DNA of 64,000 bases from the NCBI GenBank assembly GCA_002104945.1, contig MCFH01000040.1, forward strand, positions 434,328-498,327, given 5' to 3'. Each line of letters starts with the position of its first letter. Position 1 is the first letter of the stretch. Positions 56,785 to 64,000 of the stretch are shown piece by piece. The notes under the pieces were generated by a model. It was not told where the DNA came from, ran no database searches, and saw only the letters and a list, made by a program, of their open reading frames with translations. Both the position numbers and the translations under genes were made by a program. Origin of the DNA: Piromyces finnis finn. Its lineage: Eukaryota > Fungi > Neocallimastigomycota.

Positions 56785-59206
56785 CTAATAACGTATAGTA
56801 ATATTATTCATTTGTTTTCTATTTTGTCTTAAAAGAATTGGGAAAATAGAAGAGTACATCATTTCAACAATTTCATTTTTAGCATTATCAAACATTCCTA
56901 TAGTTGGATAAGAACACATTTCTCCATATATTTGCTTGATAGTAGAACCAGATATATTAACTGAGGCTGGTCCCAAACTATCAATGAAGGTATGGTAAAA
57001 GCTAATATAGTATGTCATTAATTCTCTTGGGACTGGCATATTTGGATCGTATGAATATTCATCCATTGATGAGACAGAGAATGTTTGTAATTGTTGTTGA
57101 TAATAACCTTCAAAATCATACTGACTAACAAGTCTTGGATTACCAATTCTTTCGGCTTTCTTAAATTCTATCTGATAGCGGTAAACCATTTTTTGTAATA
57201 TTTGATAATTTTCCCAAAATAAGACATTTTCTACAGAAAATTCTTTAATAGCAATAGATTTTAATTCTTCAATAAGTGGAGGTGAATTTAATACTTTATA
57301 GAAATACTGAATTGAACTTGTTGGCTATAATATAATAATATAATATATATTAATATTTTTTTTTTTTTAATTTTAATTCATATTATTATTAATAATACTT
57401 ACTTCATGGAAATATTTATTTTTTTCTTTCTTTGAATTATAACATTTTATAATAGGCAATATAATTGATGAAAACAACATATAACATGAAATTATACTAA
57501 ATAAAACTCTACCACCTTTGGTATAATCAAATATAATTGTATATATTTTCTTTGGTAATTTATAATTTTGTTTTAAAAATATACTTTCAAGGGTTTTATA
57601 TAATATTTCTCCTCTTAATCCTTTTTGCATTAAACTGCCTTTTATACCATTATAAGCTCCAATAGAGGCTTGAACATTAGAATTAAGCATGAAATTAAAA
57701 GCTGTTATGACTATAATTAAAATAATAGTACTGATACACTCAAACTTTATATATAAATAAATACATAAATAATTAGTTTTTAAAATGATAATTAATAAAA
57801 ATAATTTACATCTAAATAAAGTTTTATATTTTAAATTCTTTTACCTTTGCACCATATTTACTACTATCCTTAACTTTAGCTAAAAAGAATAACACTATAA
57901 GAAATGCACCTGCAAAAATCAAACCACTATATTGTGCAACAGTAAATAAACTGTGGGCACTATTATCAGTCTTTAATTGTTCAGTTGGGGACATTCCAAA
58001 GACTTCAAATCTATATTTTTTAAATTATTTATTTATTCATGTTACTACAAAAAATTTTTTTCTTATAAATTTTATATTATTTAATTACATACTTGCATTT
58101 GTCAAAATTTAAAATATGTATTATCAATGTTATTATGAAGGCGGTCAACTTTAATAATTAAAAACATAAAACAATCAATTATTTAAATATTTATATTTTT
58201 AATTATTATTTTAAATATAATTTACCGTTGGGATAAGTATAACTCCATAAATAATTTTGTCTACTTTATTATAAATTTTTGGAAGATAATAATTTGGTTC
58301 CTTCTCTCCTATGTAGGATTCTTTTAATTTAAATCTACCACTTTTCTTTTTTAAAGCAGTAACTATTAATTTTTTTATTGCATAATGAAAGGGTAAAATA
58401 TTATTTTATTAATTATTATTTTTAATGAATACGTATTTTTACAAATAATTAAATTTACCTTTAAAAATGTTGAAATGATATAACAATACAATTCTTAAAC
58501 TTCTACTTAAAAATCTACAATTTATGATTTAATTTATAAAACAATTAATATAAACATGAACCTTATCCCCAAAAAATTAATATATATACAAATTAGCGTA
58601 CATTGCATTATAGAATGGATTGACTACATCAGAAGTATATAAATTAACTATTTTATATTTAATATATATAATATTTAATTTTAACCTTTTTAACTCTTTA
58701 TTCCATTTTAAATATATTATGAATCTACCTGGACATGGGACATTTTCATAGAATTGAACCAACTATAATTATTTAATTTAATATATATTATATTATTAAT
58801 ACATTATACTCTCTATATATTAAAATACATTATATTAAAACTTACTAAAGTCATTGCACCACTGAAAAAGGCAGATATACCATTAGTAAATGTTAAATTA
58901 AAATTTCTTTGTTTAATAATGTACCAATTTCTCAAATGATAAAACCTTTTTTATTAAAAGTTTAAATTATTATTAGATAATTATGTTAAAATAAAATTTC
59001 TTTTATTGGAAATGACAATAAAAAGAAAAAACTTACATTCCTAAAGAAAAAATTCCTATTACCATATATATTATAAATATTACCAAGTAAACTTTTTTCA
59101 TTATGTCTTTTTTTCTATTATAACTTTCAATAAACTCAATATCTTGAGTATTATTCATAAATTTATGCATTTCTTCAAAATCTATTGATTCAAATAAACC
59201 CCCCAT
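56785..59206 (-). CDS. Seven-transmembrane protein fused to a C-terminal RGS domain (7TM-RGS; 10 exons from 59206-59037 to 57324-56785)
   Basis: Seven hydrophobic segments after splicing, then RGS motifs IKEFSVENVLFWENY, FIDSLGPASVNIS and MFDNAKNEIVEMMYSSIFP. All introns are GT-AG and in frame. There is a probable 5' UTR intron at 59288-59207. Confidence 0.88.
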
Positions 59207-60770
59207 CTTTATTATATTAAAGAGATATTTAGTAAATAATTAATTTAACATTATTTAATTATATACATAATTCTTATTCTATTTTTACCTTTGCTACTTT
59301 TTAAATGAATAAATTTTAATTTTGAATTTTTAGTATTATTTTAATATTTTTATTCTACAATTTATAATACTTTTTAAATAATTTAACTTTTACAATATAT
59401 TATATATATAATAATATATATAATATATTTGTTTTTAAATATTATATCAAGATTAAATTAATTAATTAAATTTTAGTTTATTATATTCTTGATAAGAATT
59501 AATTTTTCCTTTTCTATTTATTCTAATTTAAACTATCAATAATTAACAGAAAACATTTAATAAATAAATATTTTGTGAATAATTTATCTTTAAATTTTAT
59601 ATATTTATTTAAAATATACTGATTTATTGTTTTATTTATTTTTAATATTTATATTAATTCTTTATAACTTTGAAATAAATGTTAATTATTTTCTATTTTT
59701 TTTTAAAAATTTATTAAATTTATTTATCAATATATTTTTTTTTTATTTAATAAATATATAAAATTTAAACAACAAAGTTATAAAAAAAAGTTTATTTTTG
59801 TAATTTTTTAAAATGCTGTTTGAGAATTAACATTAAGGAAATACTCTATTATATATAATAATATTTCCAAGGTTTGATATTTAATTATTAAAATTATTGT
59901 ATTAGTAATAAACGACTCTTTATTTGTTCTTAATATATTATTATATATTAACGTTTTATTATTATTATATGATTTTAATACCAAATAAATATATTAATAT
60001 ATTAACTCTTTTTTTTAATTAATTCTTATATTATCTGTTACATTTATTTGATACAGATGAAATGAAAAAATAATCTTAATTAATAATATAAATTATATTA
60101 AATAATATATATATAAATTGTCCCCATAATTTTTAACTATTATTCTATTAAATATATTATAAAACTTTTATAAACACATATTAATTAAAGTTTATTTTTT
60201 TTCATTAATATAATTTAATTAATTATTTTTTTACCTTTTTATTTATATTGGATAGAATATTTATTATATTAAATATAAATTAAAAACAATATAATCTATT
60301 TTATAAGTAAAAATAATATATTTATTTAATGTATATAATTAAAAATATATATAAAAATAATACATTGTAATAAATAGAAATATTAATTGAAGTTACAATG
60401 ATATAATAATAAATATTAATATATACATTCTTAAAATTTTTTTATTTTTTTATATAATTATATAATTCATTCAAATATATATAATTCCTAATTTGGAGGT
60501 TTATAAATTATAGGTGTTTCATATTTTATTATTATAATCATATAACTATTCTCGTAATATAATTATATTTCTTTTAACCTTTATCTATTGACCAATAAAG
60601 TTTAATTGTTATGCAAGAATTTTTTTTAAATATATATTCTTTTATATATTTATATTATATTAGTTATAAGTTATAATAAAAGATATTGAATATTATATAA
60701 TACTATAAAGGTCAAGGTCAGTATATTATAATTTTAAAGTTAATAACTATAGTTATATGAGATGTCATTT

Positions 60771-60883
60771 AAATTTTCAATTTATATTAATATAGACTAT
60801 TAAAAAACGATTAATAAAGTGAATAGCTATTATTAAAATTTTCAATTTACATTAATATAGATTATTAAAAAACAATTAATAAA
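60771..60883. repeat. Direct repeat of a 48-bp unit (60771-60818, 60836-60883; 3 mismatches)
   Basis: AAATTTTCAATTTAYATTAATATAGAYTATTAAAAAACRATTAATAAA occurs twice at a 65-bp offset. Confidence 0.8.
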
Positions 60884-63800
60884 ATATTATTTGTGGTCAA
60901 TTATAATTAAGGATTTTTAATTCATCCATTTTAAATATTTTAAATTTATTAGTTTTTTTTAAAAATTTATTATGATAGTGATAATTTAATAATCAATAAT
61001 TTAATAATATTAAAAAAAATAAGTATAATAATATTAATAATGAATTAATGATAAATTCAATAATAAAAAGAAAATCAATTTGATTTGATGAAATAATTTT
61101 TTTCATATTTCTTTAATTTTTTTTTCTTACATAATGTGAAAAAAAATAAAGATAATAAATTAATCCGCCATACATAATGTATAATGTGAATAAAAAAATG
61201 TTATTTTCATTTAAATTAAATAAAATAATAGATAATTGATTAAATTAGTAAATGTTTTATATTTTGAATTTAATATCATAATCATTTTCTAATACCATTA
61301 ACATTATTATTATTATTGAAAACTTCATTAATGTTATAAATTGCTTTCTTGATGAAATGTTTTTTAATATTTTATTTTTAAAAGTATGAATTATATTAAT
61401 TATTTAAATTCCTCAGCTTTGATTTAATATTGCTTTATTATGGGAGAAATAATTTTTCTGTTGATAAAAGCATATTAATTAATTGAAAGTAATGAATATT
61501 CCTTTATTCCTAATTAAATATTAATAATAAGGTTTAGATTAAATGAATATTGTTTTGATGCCATGAGGTATGTTATATTGTTTTTTTTTTAAATACATAG
61601 ACTTTATTAAATATTATAATTGTTTCTATTTTTTCTACATATATATTTACCTAATTAACTATTATATATATTACATATATTATCTAATATCAAAATGAAA
61701 TATTAAAAGCAAAAGTAATTTTATTATTAATTTATTATATTATAGAATAATTAAGATATGAAAATCAATTTATACAATATATTATGATATACTATTTATA
61801 ATATATTATTTCCAATTTTGGAAGGTTAAATTTTATTGGATTAAAAATATAAAACATTATTTAGTTAAAAAAAGAAACTATTGAAAAATTTAATTTATTT
61901 TAAAATAATAAAAATAAAAATAACTTCAATATTATTATTTTTTTTTTATATATATTTTATTCATATTATTTTTATTTATGTTTTTTAATAATTATTTATA
62001 TTTATTTATAATCATAAATTTATTGAAATAACAAAAATCTTCATACACTTGGTAATATTTTTCTTTGAATTATACAGCTTTTATTATTATTATTTAAATT
62101 TGAATTTAATGGATTTTTAGGAAAATTTTTTAATATTAAATATGAAAATATTAATAAACTTTATTTTAAATAAGATTTTATGAACTTGTGTAATCTTGAT
62201 AAAACATTATTTCATATTTTTTAATCTATTTTTTTAAATTTATATTAACTTTAATTAATATAAATTCTGTTATGTGCTTAATAATGGCTATTTATTATTG
62301 AAAAAATATTTAATGTGTATAATTTATATTATTATTTTTTTATATTACATAGAATAAGATTTTTTTCATTTAATTATTAAAATATTAATGTACTATAATA
62401 AGTTTTTTATGAAATCTATAATAAAAACTATAAGCTCTTTGAATTACTTTTCATTAATAGTCTTGTTGATAGATTTTATATTTATATTTTAGGCTTTTAT
62501 TAATAATATGATGTAATTATAAAATTTTATTAATTAAATTTATTCGGAACATTCCTGACCAATTAGAAAGTAGAATTTTTTAAATTTTTATTTTATAAAA
62601 AGGTTGATTAAATTTTTTCTTTTTACTTTTACAGATACTTTAAGAAAATCTATTAAATTTGTTATAATCATTTGTTAATTTAATGACATTAATAAACATT
62701 ATAGGTACTAAAATAAAGTAATGTATTTAATGTCTCTTGATTTATAATGATAATAATAATAAAAAAATAATATAACATTCATTCATTATAGTTTTTTTCT
62801 GTAAAATATACAGAAATACATAATTATTAAATAGAATTATTATAATTAATTATAAAATAAAATTTATTAATATATTAAATAATAATTTATTGGGAGAAGA
62901 ATTTTTTCCTTTCTCTCTCTTTTTTTTTTTTTTTTTTTTTTTTATTTCTAATAAAATATATATTTTCTTAAACTTTTTAATTAAAATATAATAAAGTATA
63001 TTTTTTCTTAAACTTTTTAATTAAGATATAAGGTTAAGATTTATAGTAAGTCTGTTGAATAATTATTATTAATAATTATCAACACCAATGATTTTTTATT
63101 TTTTTTTTTTTTAATTAAAAAATTAAATTTAAACTAATATTTTTAAACTTTCTATTACTTTATATTAAAAGTATAATATTTGTTATTAAAATTTATTATT
63201 TTTATAAATAAATAATAATAATATTATTATGTAATTACTATTTGTTTTCAATGTAAAGATTTTGTATTTATCAAAAAAAAACAAAAACAAAAACAAAAAA
63301 CAAAATGATTATAATCATTGATTATAATTATAATATTGTATTGAATATATCAATTTTTATTGAAATTAAATAAGTTATATAATATAAATTTATTTATTAT
63401 TATATTATATATTACATGATTCTATGTACTTTAAATAATAGTAACTAGATGTACGAATCCTAAATTCTAATACTAATTCCAATAACAAGAATAACAAAAA
63501 TAATATAATAATAATTAAAAAATAATTATAGCTTATAAAAATTATAAAAATAATAATTTTTGTAATAATTAGGAGAAGAAAAGAAGACAATTAACTCTAT
63601 TTTCAATACCCTTCTCAAAAGTATTCTTTCCGGTATTTTTATGTTGTGGGGCTTGCGGAATTCTTTACTAATATTATACATATTGTGATTTATGATTTTT
63701 AAACAATGATCGAGTTGTATAGGTACCTGTGTACAGCATTAGCAACCATTTTTGAGAGTTTATACATCTAAAGGATAAGTTAAGGTAAAGAAGAAATTCT

Positions 63801-64000
63801 ATACATAATTGAATTATAATAATAATCATCAAGGAATAGGGAGAATTAGTGATCTTTCATCTTCTTTATTTGCTACGTAGTTTTCTTTTTATTGATTTTA
63901 TTCGTTTATGTTTCATCATTTTAAATTTTTATATTTTATTTTTTTTAAATTATAGTATATTTTAATTAACATATAAGATTAATAAATAAGTCTAAAAAAA

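Overview
Extremely AT-rich eukaryotic genomic DNA (well under 25% GC by eye) with short GT-AG introns and fungal-type housekeeping genes. The composition, intron style and a centriolar gene (CCDC77) point to an anaerobic gut fungus (Neocallimastigomycota); this is an inference. I rebuilt 17 spliced genes by hand: ATF/Atf1-like bZIP (5'-truncated), PEX14, PPIL2/Cyp60, UPF0658-type membrane protein, AcuK/Ert1 Zn2Cys6-PAS factor, TTC1-like TPR protein, Sec61-gamma, POL2, Gyp7-type Rab-GAP, CCDC77, 3-domain gelsolin/severin, RSL1D1/Utp30, SmE, Dph3, LPCAT3-like MBOAT, Nop13-like RRM protein and a 7TM-RGS fusion. An 18th gene encodes an unidentified ~990-aa coiled-coil protein. I saw no rRNA, tRNA, CRISPR or intact transposon. 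The window is mostly core genome and I found no clear-cut novel system. The best leads are an intact PEX14 in a probable obligate anaerobe, a 7TM-RGS receptor, one RTCAYGTGAT motif shared by the three short divergent promoters, and many 3' splice sites preceded by A-tracts or (AAT)n instead of pyrimidine tracts. Exon boundaries were read by eye and may be off by a few bases. Family names come from recalled motifs, not database searches.
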